Assembly: GCA_976226885.1 (NCBI GenBank)
Contig: OZ320317.1
Span: forward strand, 34,100,001 to 34,164,000
Source: Iphione sp. A-MEVVRFRX5
Taxonomy: Eukaryota
Reading direction: 5' to 3'
Length of the DNA: 64,000 nt
Below are positions 1-12,230 of the stretch, piece after piece. The position numbers and the translations under genes were made by a program. Numbering within the stretch: position 1 is the stretch's first letter; each line of letters starts with the position of its first letter. A model generated the notes under the pieces. The model searched no databases. It saw only the letters and a program-made list of their open reading frames with translations, and had not been told where the DNA came from.

Positions 1-559
1 CTGGATGTATACCCGATAATTTGTCATTTCAGCACGACATTACCCCAACATCACAATAAATAATGCCCAAAAAGGAAAATCCATCCATGTGAAAAATAAG
101 TTTTTGTTTATAGCCCTATGTGGGTGATACAATGCTTACGACACCGGTAGGGGTTTGTAAGGTTCCTAATAAACTACATAGTGTACACATTATGGGAATA
201 CGGACATTCGTGAGTTTAAAATAATATTTAAACTAAAGCAAGTATGTTCTTGTTTTATAAGTAGATGGTATAGAAGAACAGTCTTCATTCTATGGATCAA
301 TAAATATTTATTTGATCTTATCCTATTTCACCAGAGACCTCAGTTAAAACTGTCGTTTTCTCTTCCTCCACGTCTAAGTCGCAATCTTTAAAGAAACTCC
401 ACCAAACCACCCGGGTTTCATGCTGTCTTGTTTGTCTTTTTTTAAGAAATTTGGAGCAATATCACAATGAACGTTTTGGTATAGTGATAATAGCCATACC
501 TCCATATGACATCTATAAAAATGCTTCGGAGAAACGCCAGGTAGACGTGGTTGCATTAT

Positions 560-1230
560 AAGCCAGCCTCGAAGGAGAATGACTTGTTTGGTTCACAATG
601 GATACCTCGGTTGGGAAGCAGTTGTTTGATGTGTGGAAGGTAGGTGGAAATTGGGAGGAGATGGCGGCCTCAGATGGTATTGACCCTCCGCGATTGATCT
701 AGGTCGGCCAATACTGCTCACTACGTGTTGGATATTGGGAGGGTTCGGTCGGTGGGTGTGACACTGAATGGGTCAGTGCATGGGTTGGCAGGGGAGTAGG
801 TTGGCGGGCTCTTCAAATGGTGAGGCTATAGATGGCCGTGTTGGCGCAGCTAATCCTTTGAGTCGGTGAGAGGGTTAGAAGTAGGTGAATACCTCGGGCC
901 TTGGGTTGTTTGGGTTCCTTAGTGAACTGGTTAGTTAATCGTGTAATCGCTGGTGAGTTCGACATTGGGAAAACCCTTCAGCGGGATCACATTGTGTTTG
1001 GCGTTTGGCTTTATGGGTGTTATGGAGAGTGCCGTTGTGGTATGGAGTTCAGGTGAGTTTGAAGAATGTGCAGGTAAATATTTGTCATGGGTTCTTGTTT
1101 AGTCTGCCAGAGAGTATGTTGGCATTTTTGTAGGTAACTGGATAAGTTTGGTTTATGGTATAGTAGGTGATAATTTCTTGGGATTGGTTTTGTTTGTTGC
1201 CAGGTAACAGTTGACTGGTACATATGAAGA
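560..1230 (-). pseudogene. Possible decayed Penelope-like element fragment (RT-to-GIY-YIG linker region)
   Basis: Strongly A/C-rich minus strand. Fragments IITYYTINQTYPVTYKNANIL and SCANTAIYSLT loosely resemble Penelope linker and CxSxNxIY motifs. Interrupted by stops and frameshifts. Confidence 0.3.
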
Positions 1231-1926
1231 ATGGATTAACACTGGTATCGTTAGAGGTTTAGCTGCAGGACAGATGTGTTAAGGTTTTGTTTTAATGAGT
1301 GCGGAGAATGTGAAACGAATGCATGAGGTTTTTCGTTTCAAAGGAGAATGGACTGGTCCATTTCTGTGATTCTAGCGCATGCTTCCATATATTTGGTCCA
1401 TGTATGCCTCAGTGTCAGAAAAGGGGAACCATCGTAAATTTCTCAAATTTACAGATTTACAGACCTATCTAAAGACAGTTGGAGAGAGAAAATAAGGAAA
1501 AATGATGGCAACGACCCGTGCAGTAGTCTGTGAAAAAGGCTCACGTTTCTCCCCATTCACGCACTAAAAATCCGTTGATGGAAACATAGCCTTACAGATT
1601 TCTGGCTGACGTCGAGCTGCCTTGGTAACCGCATGAGGTTGGTGCTTGGACAGGCAAGTTTGTTATACCTGTAATAGTTAGTTTGCCTCATCAGCGGGCA
1701 TCATGAGCATTTGATGGGTTGCTGTGCTACTTGGCATATGTGCTACTTGGCATGTTTTTTTTAATATACAAAACCACTGAATGTGTAAGTAAGTAAATAT
1801 ATGAATTTGAAGGTGGAAAGTGCCCTGCCCCCCCCCCTCTGTTTCTTTTTGTACTCTGCCGCACGAGGGAATCTTTAAAAACTCTCTGTCGCTGCTTACA
1901 GGTGTGTTCACAAAGTAGCAGCGATG

Positions 1927-2000
1927 GCTCACCTTTGCCTGCTATCGACATGGCCGCTCAAAGAGAACAACACTCACCTGTAACAGAGAAAAGAAAATAA
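1927..2000 (-). other. Candidate recursive splice site (AG|GTGAGT) with a 45-nt exon
   Basis: Minus strand TTATTTTCTTTTCTCTGTTACAG|GTGAGT (junction 1978/1977), then a second donor AAG|GTGAGC at 1933/1932. Confidence 0.45.
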
Positions 2001-3601
2001 TTTAGAGTCAGGGAAATTTGCAGGAATAAAGAGAGATCTTATAACATTCTTAGTATTGACAAAATGGGAGTTTGGGGCTTTGTGGGTTACCATGCAAAAA
2101 TGTGCATCTTGTACAGAAACATCCTTGTATAGGCTACTAGGTGGGCGTCTGTCGTTCTATTTGTCCCTAACCGAATGGGAAATACATCGTCAGCACAGTT
2201 GTTACATGTAGTTTCTATCATTCATGATGTATCACCAAAGGGTACACTTTGCGTTAGCGGTACATATACATGCTCCATTATATAGATATGTAAATATGTA
2301 TTGTTGCACCACGGGAAATTACACAATTGAAAAACACAATTTCACAAATTTGTTGCATTTATTAATGCTTCATGAATGAACAAAGCAGAGGACATATATT
2401 TGTGTAAGTAATGGGACCGCTATTCCAATGTTAAATTATTCAGACAGGGTATTCCTTCAACGCTGGCACAGGAAATCCAGGAAGCTATTTTATCTGTGAG
2501 GTAATAAAAACACAAGTCTTAACTAGGGACAGGAGGCAGAGGTGAATGTGATCCTTGAATCTTAAAAAAATGAATGTCAACGATTTTGGTGGCAACACCT
2601 TTGTCAGTTTTCGGCTGATTCAATAGAAAACGAATTCTCACCGATCTGCAGTCAAACCTTTTGGTGGTGGTAAAAGAAGACAGAAAGAGTACCAGTCTAT
2701 ACTTTAAAGTAAGCCGTTCAAGCACAGAAGATGCATAAACTAGTGGTGAGAAAGAGAAAGGTACCAGTGCGGAGCATATAAGACGTAGCTTTTTGCGGGG
2801 AATAAACAAATTCTCTCTTAATGCACGACATCAATGTCTGCCAGTGGCAATGGAGCTGAGCAGACTTCGATGAGTCTTTTACATTACACGTCTCGGTCGT
2901 TTCTTTTGAATGTAAAAGCTCACCACAAATTTGTCGAACAGGATATCTGACAGAAATATATCTTTATCATCGAGTACTTTTATGCCCTGCCCATAATCGC
3001 CCAATGTCTAAGTTTTGATAGGGAATCGTCCCCTGCCTGCACGTCTTTAGACCAGAGATGACTGCAGGAATGGCCTCCGAGGTACATGTACACGAAAACA
3101 GAAGAAAGACAAAAGAGCTCTAAAGCAATGACAGGAATCGAATTTAACAATTCAAATATATATACCTGTATTTCCCGTTTCTTTATTTCATCCGTACGTG
3201 TATTTTTTCAAACATGATAACGTAAAGGTCCGTACGTGTATACGTGTATGTGGCTGTGTATGTGTGGCTTGGCTCTAGATGGGGTCGGCCGGAGACGTTG
3301 GGGAGGTGACGTTGTAGTAAATTGACAACACGATGTCATAAGTGCCTGCTGAGTATGATGAATCGCTAGCACCATTTTGCAGCTCAGAGGCGCCACAGGT
3401 CACAGCTACGAAGCCACCGTGTGAGAGAAAGTATGCAATGGTTGAGGGAGGGGGGGGGAGGTATCGTGAGAGGGAGCGGGAGAGCCGGCTGAGCTCGAAG
3501 AGGAAAAAATATAGACTGAAACAGAAGGGGAAAAAAGTAAAGTGGTTGTAGGTTAAGAGCGAGAATGTCTAGACGAGTGACTCGGTGGTAAATAAAAGGA
3601 T

Positions 3602-3605
<4 letters not shown>

Positions 3606-3698
<93 letters not shown>
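3606..3698. repeat. Compound microsatellite (GA)n(GACA)n
   Basis: Direct reading. Confidence 0.98.
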
Positions 3699-4817
3699 CC
3701 AAACAGAAAACTATGGGGTTCGGGAAGAAGTGAAATATTCAATCGGTGTAAGAACCTAATAGAGAGAGGGAAACCGCTTGTAGGAGTGAGATCTGGTTAG
3801 ATGGTTGGTACAATATTGTATGGGCTAGGGGGTAAGTTAAGTGGCAGGGAGTAAGTTGGAGGGATGGTTAGGCTTGAGGGTGGGCAAATGAGTCTTTGGG
3901 CTAAACGAAAGGAGACACTAAAGGTGTTTTGGAGCAGCCAGAAATTTGTGTGTGAGGGGTCTCGACTGTAGCGCTAGACGGAAGAGGAGAATGGAGGAAT
4001 ATTGTCCGATGGAACAAGGATAGTAATGAGGGAGGGAGGAGAAGCGACTCCAGACTTGCTTCATGCCCCTTGAGAGTAAGTATCTCTAAACTCTATAGGC
4101 TATCACAGATCTATACATACACCTTTTCACCCTTTTTCTCTAAGCCACGCCCTATCAAATACCATTCCCTTCTGCTCCATTTTCGTTTGATCCGAACGTG
4201 CCTAGACTTACGTTTTTCCACCGCTGTTGGCCAGCCCATCTCTGTAAGTCCAACTTCTCTGGTTGAACACACTCTCCCTCTCCTTTTCTCTTTTTCATAG
4301 ATTTCCTTTTCCCTGTCTCCTACCTCCCTTCTTCTGTCTCCCCCTCTCTCCTACTTCTCCCTAGCTTACATAAATCACCCCAACACCTACTTTATTCCAG
4401 AGGGTGCTCAGACTCCATATATAATACAGTGCAATATTTATTTACGACCATGACTTGGGACCAATGCCAACTGGTTATAATGGTGAATTTGGTCGTAAAT
4501 AGATTGTGTTAACCAAAGAAATTAAAACTTTTGTACCAGGCTGTACTGGTCGTAATAACAAGAATGGTTGAAAATTTATGCGGTCGTTTATAGAGATTCC
4601 ACTGTACTCCATTTCTCCATTTTTCTCTTTCTCACCTTCTCATTCGAAGGACTGCCAAGACGTTTGTCAAAATCTCCCACAATATCTAACTTTAATTTAT
4701 ATATTTACCTTTGCATTAATCTTCAATCCGTCGGCTCACTGACCCTCACTATCTCTCACTATTGCTTTCCTGAAGCCCTTAACCTAACCATTGCGTTTAC
4801 CTTTCTCGCCCTCTGCG

Positions 4818-5064
4818 TGAGACTCACCATCTCATTATGCTTTCCTCTTACCTTCTTCATTTACCTCCCTGAGGCTCCAAATAGCACACACCACCCGCCA
4901 AATGACCCCATCCCTTTAGGTTGGAGCGTTTTTATCTTTAAGTTTACCTTCTCAACTCCATCTCAATGAGTCTCACCACCGCACTATGCTTTCCTCTCTC
5001 CTTCTTCCTTTACCTCCCTGAGGCCCAAAGTAGCACACGCCATCCCCCATTGACCCCACCCCTT
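4818..5064. repeat. Diverged direct repeat, two copies of about 98 nt, period 149
   Basis: 4818-4916 and 4967-5064 share TGAG.CTCACCA...TATGCTTTCCTCT...TTTACCTCCCTGAGGC...TAGCACAC...TGACCCCA.CCCTT. Confidence 0.85.
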
Positions 5065-6982
5065 CAGGTCAGAACGTGTTCGGCACCGCGTTCTGCCAGG
5101 GCTGTCAACTTCCCGGGACCATCGTTCACTGCAATTAATCTCAAGGAGTATTTCGCCGCGGGCCTCCTACCAACTAGGAAGTGTATAATAATGAGGCCGT
5201 GTTTAAGCCCCTCGGTCACGCTCGTCCAACTATGTTGAAGTCGAAATAAAATAATCATGAAAAGATCCATGTAAATTGGAAGGAAGAGCCGGGCAAATAC
5301 GCTCCATAGACACGTGTCACTGCAGCTAGAGGTAGGTCCTTCTTGTGTGTTAAGTTTCTTTTCCTAGACCAAACTTAAAATACGTGAAGGGAAAAATCAT
5401 GTTTTTTCCCCAGAAATCTCATTTATGTTAATTATTATGTTGTATTTGTGTACTGTACCCTGAGATGAACTGGCTCAGTAAGTCTCGTGTTGAAACAACA
5501 TCCATTCAATGTTAGCAAATGTTTATCCACGGGATGAAGGAGTTGCCCCTAGATTCCAGGAATCTGAACTTGGGGCAATATAGATAAGTTACGTGATTCA
5601 TATTGGATCTGGCATCACCCCTAATATCAATACGGAGTTGATCATTGAATTTTAGCGAAGCCATTTAAATTGGGACATTTTAGACCCAGCACAATTCCAC
5701 CACAATAGAAAACACTAACCCCTTGTCATAACCTTTGTAACAGGCTTGAGACCTGTCACCGAAGATAATTTATGGCAGGAAAACGAATGACTATGGTGAC
5801 ATTATCAGTTGTCTCCTGTTGATATGAAACTAAGTAGGCGTTGTCTATGGCTGACTGTGGTCTAATACCTAGGTTAATTTTTGTGAGCAATCTAAACAGA
5901 ACAGACCTTGTGGATTATTATGTGTATGCTAGATAAATGTATCGAAACAGAGCACAATAATGATATAATAAGGCAACCAGCCGTAAAGCATCTCAGAGCT
6001 CGCAACATAATACGGAGAACAACAGAAGGAATTTATTCTTAAAATTCTTCGTTTTGTAGGAATCTGTAAATATTTTTGCTATACATTTATATATAATTCT
6101 TTGTAAACAGTCAATCTGCGTGTGCTCTAATGATTTTAATTCCCTTGGTAAAGGTGCCACCCTACAATGAAGAAAGTTTTAAGATACTTCTTAAAGACAC
6201 AATGAGAGCATTGTCCGTAACAGTGGGATTCAGTTTCTGTCTAGCAGCATATAAACTGAACTCTCACGGTCTTGTGGCCACATTCAATCACCTCCATCAT
6301 GCATTAATTGTGAAACAAAGTACACTTGGGGGATCGATTCTCTCCTAAGCGGTGCAGTTATTCACCTGTCCAGCTACATCCTACCTCCTACATCAGAGCC
6401 GAGCTGTGCTCAAGATGTGTTTTACCGGTGGTATCATATAATACCCAGACCGCAAAAAGAATGTGATAGAGTTCCAGATGAACTAGTCGTCATTTATTGA
6501 CAGCGGACACAATTGTCAAAATGATTGAAAAATATTTCCGTCATTACTTCTTAATGATCTTAGAATAGAATTGCTAATGTTCTAAATATATCATCCAAAC
6601 ATTCGGAGTATTATCTTGAATGGAGCATTATCAAATCGTGAGGAAAGTATTACCCAATAATACTTTCATAAGGGTTTTCAGATATTTTCTCTGTGTTCTA
6701 AATACACGTCTACGGAGATGTCAGCACAATATGTTTTCATCGCTTTCTCAGCTTGTTCAAAGAACGTTGAACAAAGGTTACATAAGTGCTATCTGAATCT
6801 TGTGTATGCATGCTGAGCGGAGCCGCTCTTTCAAGTAATTTGAGTCCATGCTTTTTGTCAAAGGTGTCCGAGAGTTTTTCACTGCAAGGCTCAGGTTTCA
6901 CGACGCCAAAGTTCTTCAAGTTTTTTTTTGACATGTAAAGATTGGAAATACAGTCGTCGTCTATTTGGAGTTGTTTGAGGTT

Positions 6983-7079
6983 TTCGATAAAGATTTTCGA
7001 TAAAAAGTCTTTCGATAAAATGGCCTGTCGATAAACTGTCCCTTCGATAAAATGGGATTCGATAAAACGTCGGTCTCCG
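6983..7079. repeat. Six TCGATAAA motifs at 13-16 nt spacing ending in AAAACGTCGGTCTCC; probably one arm of a non-autonomous DNA element
   Basis: Motif copies near 6983, 6996, 7011, 7027, 7043 and 7058. Confidence 0.7.
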
Positions 7080-10000
7080 GTCTATTTCGACATGCTAATT
7101 TCACTTCTCTCCTGCCATGCGTCCATACATGTGTTTTATCAGTCTCTTCACACTTTCCCAATCTCTAAAAAATCGTTGTTCTTTACACTCGCTGGGCCTT
7201 CCTGGCTGTAGGCACACTTCTAATCGTCTTTTTTATCTGAAGGTCCAATAAGTACGCCTTGCAGAGTGTCCTCCGCTATTTGCCTCTTTTGTTGCTTTCC
7301 CTGCTTCATGCAGAGAGAATGATTTCTCTCCAATTCTTTCTCTAATCTTTTTTCCCCTCTCTCCTTCCAGTTCAACCAGATACATTCACTAGGTGCGCTT
7401 TGATCTCGAATTCCACATGACCGGCTATCGTGCACGTGGTACATTTCGAACATATTCCCAAAACAGCTACACTTAGGCTTCAAAACGTCTATATGGCTCC
7501 ATTCCAAATATTTATTTAAACCAAACGTCCTCTTTAGGACGATAAAAAATATTATAAAGTGAAGCAAAATTAAAGTAGTCAAACGGTACAGTGCACACCT
7601 ATCTTGTTGAATCGCCCTTCTCTCATATCAGAGCACAGTCCCTGGTTGTGAGCAAGGAAAGGTGCGAGCAGAAAGGTTCAGACACCCTCTCTGATTATTC
7701 TCCACTTGGTATCAGAAACAAATACTAAACTGCTGACGTCTGTGCATACCTGCTCATATGGCGGTCCTCACGTATCTAGTTAATAAGAATGCATTATGTG
7801 GCGGATGTCATAATTTCCTGACAGATATATGGCATAATCTGACAGACATTGCCTTATATTGGCATCTAAGATTCCGGGCGGATATGGTCCAGTCCATCTG
7901 TGCAATGTATGCATAGATCTCTAGCTGTTGGTTATCACATGCCCGAATGTATCTTTCAGAAATTTCTTGAACACTATTTCCGTGTAGAGGCAGCCTTTCC
8001 ACCATGGGACATGTATGCAGCAAGTAGAAATCGAAATTTTGAGCTTTTTATATGTCAAATATCATCAGCATTTTTTTATAGCATGTGTCTCTCTTCGAAG
8101 AGATCGTAATGTGGGAATAGCCTGCGCCTCGGCTCTCTGTTTAACATCCACTGGCCTGCCATAGAAACCATGGCAATTCAATGTCAAAAACATCATGATA
8201 CCTATGTACACGCATATTAGTTGCGAAAGACGTTAAACGAAAAAACCCAGAAATTTAGTGTAGATATACGAATGAATACCGCTGCAAAGACTAATATTAG
8301 AGATCTCTTAACCGTACGTAATGGGAACTATCAACCGAAGTTCCCAAGCAATTTCGTTCTTTAAGCTATTTAGTCAGATGTAAGTTTCTTGAAACTATTT
8401 GCTGAGAAGCCAGCAGGAAAGGGTGACCTTTCACGTGCAAGTCAAAAGATTGCGTGATAGGGAGCCGTATATATCCAGCAATCACAAGAGGGCAAATGTT
8501 GCCATAAAAAAATGGAGAGTTTGTTTGATGGAAGATCGAGACCTCAGGAAAACAAGGGAGAGAGCAGGAGAATGGGAGAAATCGAAATAAAGGCTAGCAG
8601 AGAGCACCGATCAAAAGGAAGAGACGTTCAGAGAGAATAAAGAAAGCGAAAGAGAGGGAGTGACAGAAATTCAAACAGAAAGACGAAGAAAGAAAGGAAA
8701 AAAAGAGAGAAGGAGACGTCGGACTGTAAAGAGGAAGGCGAAAGTGGAAATACAAAATAAAACATTCGCGATATGCTGAGTTCCTCTCTGTACTACGGGA
8801 TTGTATACAATCCTAGTTCAATACAAAAATTCCATCTCCACAGCGGCGGTGGCTAGAGAGCCGCTAGAACACTTGCGGGTGGCAGTTTAGGACAGGACTA
8901 GCAAGAGGACAAGTTTGGCTGTCAAAGTGCACTTAGCCGCTGATAGCCAAGACCAACACATCCGATTGCAGATGGGTGAGAAGAGCCTCTGTGTGTGTTT
9001 GGGTGCATGTGTGTGCGTGCCTGTATCTGTCTGAGTGGGTGTCTCTGTGTTGCTGGGGCAGGCTTCAGATACATTTGCGATATAAAGCAGCTATCTCAGG
9101 CTTCACGCAGCTAACGTGGCCGAAGCTTTGTCTATCTAAACCCTGCCTAAGAGCCATAATGAACTGACAAATTCTGTAACATTCTTCCTTAACCAGTAAT
9201 GTATGTACTGTCCGAGCATAAATGAACGATTGAAATAGACGTGTTTCATATTTGATACATCGTTAAAACATGGAGAGATTAATATCGAGGAAAGAAAGAC
9301 GTAAGACAGATTATAGTTTTTCGTTAATGATAAAAAAGAGAGTAGAAATATAGGTAGTAAGCGAGAGATACTGGTAAAAGTATATGCATGTACAAACACG
9401 CAGTACTGATGGGGAATACAGTGATTGAAAATACACCTACACACATATCTTACAATAGACCACATGAAGGAAAACAAAAGACAACCTGAAATTCAGGCAG
9501 AGAAAGGCACATAAACAGGTAGAAACAGGCAGGATGAAAAAAACTGTTTGCTTTTTTTTGCATCGTTCTGTAGACTGCGATGAGACAAATGTTTTCATCT
9601 AGTGCCCACATGTAGATGTTTGCAAAGGTATGTTTATACTCCCAACAGAGTTGTATCATAGATGATATAGAGGTATATACCTAGAGGGAATGAAAGATGC
9701 GCGCACCGCATAGAACTTAGTGGCAGATTTCAAAAGGGCTAAGAGGCACACGAACAATGAAACGGGTTCCAGAGGCAGAATACTCCGCGCATATTCTGTA
9801 TTTAACAGCACTTTCATTTGATGTAACTAGTGGGGAAGAGCAGGGAGAAGAGGGTCATTCGGACAAAATATATGCGGTGGGTACTAAACGGTGCACACAG
9901 GCACATTACATGAGCGAGGACACACTTCCACTACTCCCCTTTGTGGTGCTAGTGGGAAGGGCAAAAGGGCGTCAGAGAGAAAGACAAGTTTTGTGCTGGA

Positions 10001-10963
10001 AAACGGACGTATAAGGGAAAGGAATGTAACACGCATACAGACTGATACAGTGACCTCCCTACGCAAAAAATATAGAGCTAAAGTAGGAAGGGAGACAAAG
10101 TGAGAGAGAGAAAAGGAGGGAGGGAGATTGATAAACAGAGAGACAGACCTGGAAATAACTACTCAGAGAGATATTGGGACCGGTCTACCTAATCAAGGCT
10201 ATAACACATCTTCCCCACAGCAAGCTAAGGGCCCCCTCATTCAGTAAGACGCCTACTTCCAAGTGCGTCGTTACCAAAGTAATAAATTGCAGGCAGGAGC
10301 CGCATACCAGCCTACCCAGGCCACTGATGACTACTAGAACATGGGTAATAAGGTAATTGCACTGTTGTTGTGTTGACAGATGGTATCCTCAAACATATGG
10401 GGATAGGGGCCGGTCTTAAAGGGAGCCACATCTTTACGAAGAGTACAAACGTATTGCCTTTTGCTATTACAACCTGTGTTGTCTTGACTTCCACTGTTAC
10501 AAACTTCAATATCGATTGGTTTGGAAACAGTTTTTTTGTGTCACCCACAACTCTCAAGAGCATTAGTATCATCTGTTTTCCTAGTTCACTCCCTCCGGTC
10601 GAAGGCGTGGTTCACGGTGCTTATCTTTCAATAATTGCATTTCAGATCTTTGTATATCAGCGTAGAAATCTTTTATATGCTTAATTTAGACAGCTCATAC
10701 TTTGCATCTATTCTAAAACTTACTCACATACTAGTTGGCTATATTGACTTTCCCTTCCTCATCAAGTGTCTCTCATGCTTTCTTTTGGGTACTTCAGTTT
10801 TTTCCTCGTCATTTCCAGTCTTGCTGTGTATATACATCGTTCTGTCCATCGTAGTTCGCTTATCTTTGTTTCTGTTTCTTTTTCCTCATTTCTCCCTCGT
10901 CGCTTTATTCTGGTGCTTTTCCTGCCCTTTTCCCTCCTGTTCGTTCCATGCCTATTATTCTCT

Positions 10964-10971
<8 letters not shown>

Positions 10972-11007
<36 letters not shown>
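10972..11007. repeat. (CT)n microsatellite in a pyrimidine-rich tract
   Basis: Direct reading. Confidence 0.97.
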
Positions 11008-11010
<3 letters not shown>

Positions 11011-11774
11011 TATCTTCGCTACCTTCCCTTGCCTCTTTGACTACTTATCATCTTTCTCTCCCTATTCCCTAGGCCCTCAACCTCCCATGTATCTAGCCAT
11101 TCATTTTTGTCGATCTGTATTCCTCTCTTAGTCTGCCGTGTGCTCTCTCGACGACTTTCACCTAGAAGTCAAAACTTTTTTCTCTCCCTAGCAGTTCCCG
11201 TACCTTTTCCGCAAGTAGCATATTGCTATGCTGCAAGCAGCATTGCAATTTCTTATAGTAGCAACTGTGGCACCAGTAACTTTACATTATATAGCTTCAC
11301 CTCTCTGCCATCACCCATTTCGATACATCAGGAATGACAGGACGTCTAATTCAAACATGTTTCTAGCTGGTCCGGTTAATGTGTTGACATTATCTTTTCA
11401 TACAAGACTTATTTCGGTTCTCAGATTTTCAACAAGTAACATATTATCTCTAGGCGGGGATGTTTTTACCATTTGCAGACTAAATACATGTGCATGCAAA
11501 TAATGCCCCCCCCCCCCAAGGCAAAAGAACGTGTAAGTTGATGGAGCACAAATGAAGGTAATTTCAGGTTACTGGAAGGTACTTTTTAGACCCGACGAAT
11601 CCTCAATAATGACACTGTAAATGTCGCCGCCCCACAAGAGCATCCAGCGAACAGCATTAAGGCGTGTGTATGGGGGCGGCAGGCGCTGGATTGTGCATCA
11701 CCGGGGGCGACTTGTGCAGAATGAATCACTGCCCTTGTGGAAATGCTTCACTGCAAGGGGTTAATATCATGTGG

Positions 11775-12230
11775 TTTCGACGGTGGTAGTGGCTGTGCGG
11801 TGAAGAGCTGTGGATGAGTTTCGTGGAAATTGTGTGTATGGTTGTGGTTGCATGTGGTGTTGTTGAGTGATGTTGGAGTTGATGATGGTGCATGGTGGTG
11901 GTTGCGTGCTTTGGTGTGGTGTGGTGATCATGGTGGTGACTGTGTGCATGGTGGTGGTTTTCATGGTGGTGAGTGCTATGTGGTGATGGTCATGCTGGTT
12001 CAGTGAGGCGATTATTAGTGGGGTATGAAGTGCATAGCGATAGTGTATACATGAGGTGGTACACAGTACTGTGTGTGTGTGTAATGTTCGGTGGTTGTGT
12101 CTGCCTTGTGTGTGCATGGTGATGGATTAAGTGGTGATGTATGCCGTGGTGCACATATCAGTATGTGTGCTTGGCACGGTGGTGGTGTCAGTCATTGTAG
12201 TCTGGGTAAAGGTGCTCTTGGCGTGTTCCG
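11775..12230. repeat. G/T-rich low-complexity tract (degenerate GGT/GTG repeats)
   Basis: Many GGTGGT/ATGGTG units. The His/Thr-rich ORF on the minus strand is a by-product. Confidence 0.8.

Noticed and set aside
5066-5135. GQNVFGTAFCQG after a CAG acceptor, resembling the end of an Ig domain
   Set aside because: Too short, reaches a stop without a donor, and has no partner exons.
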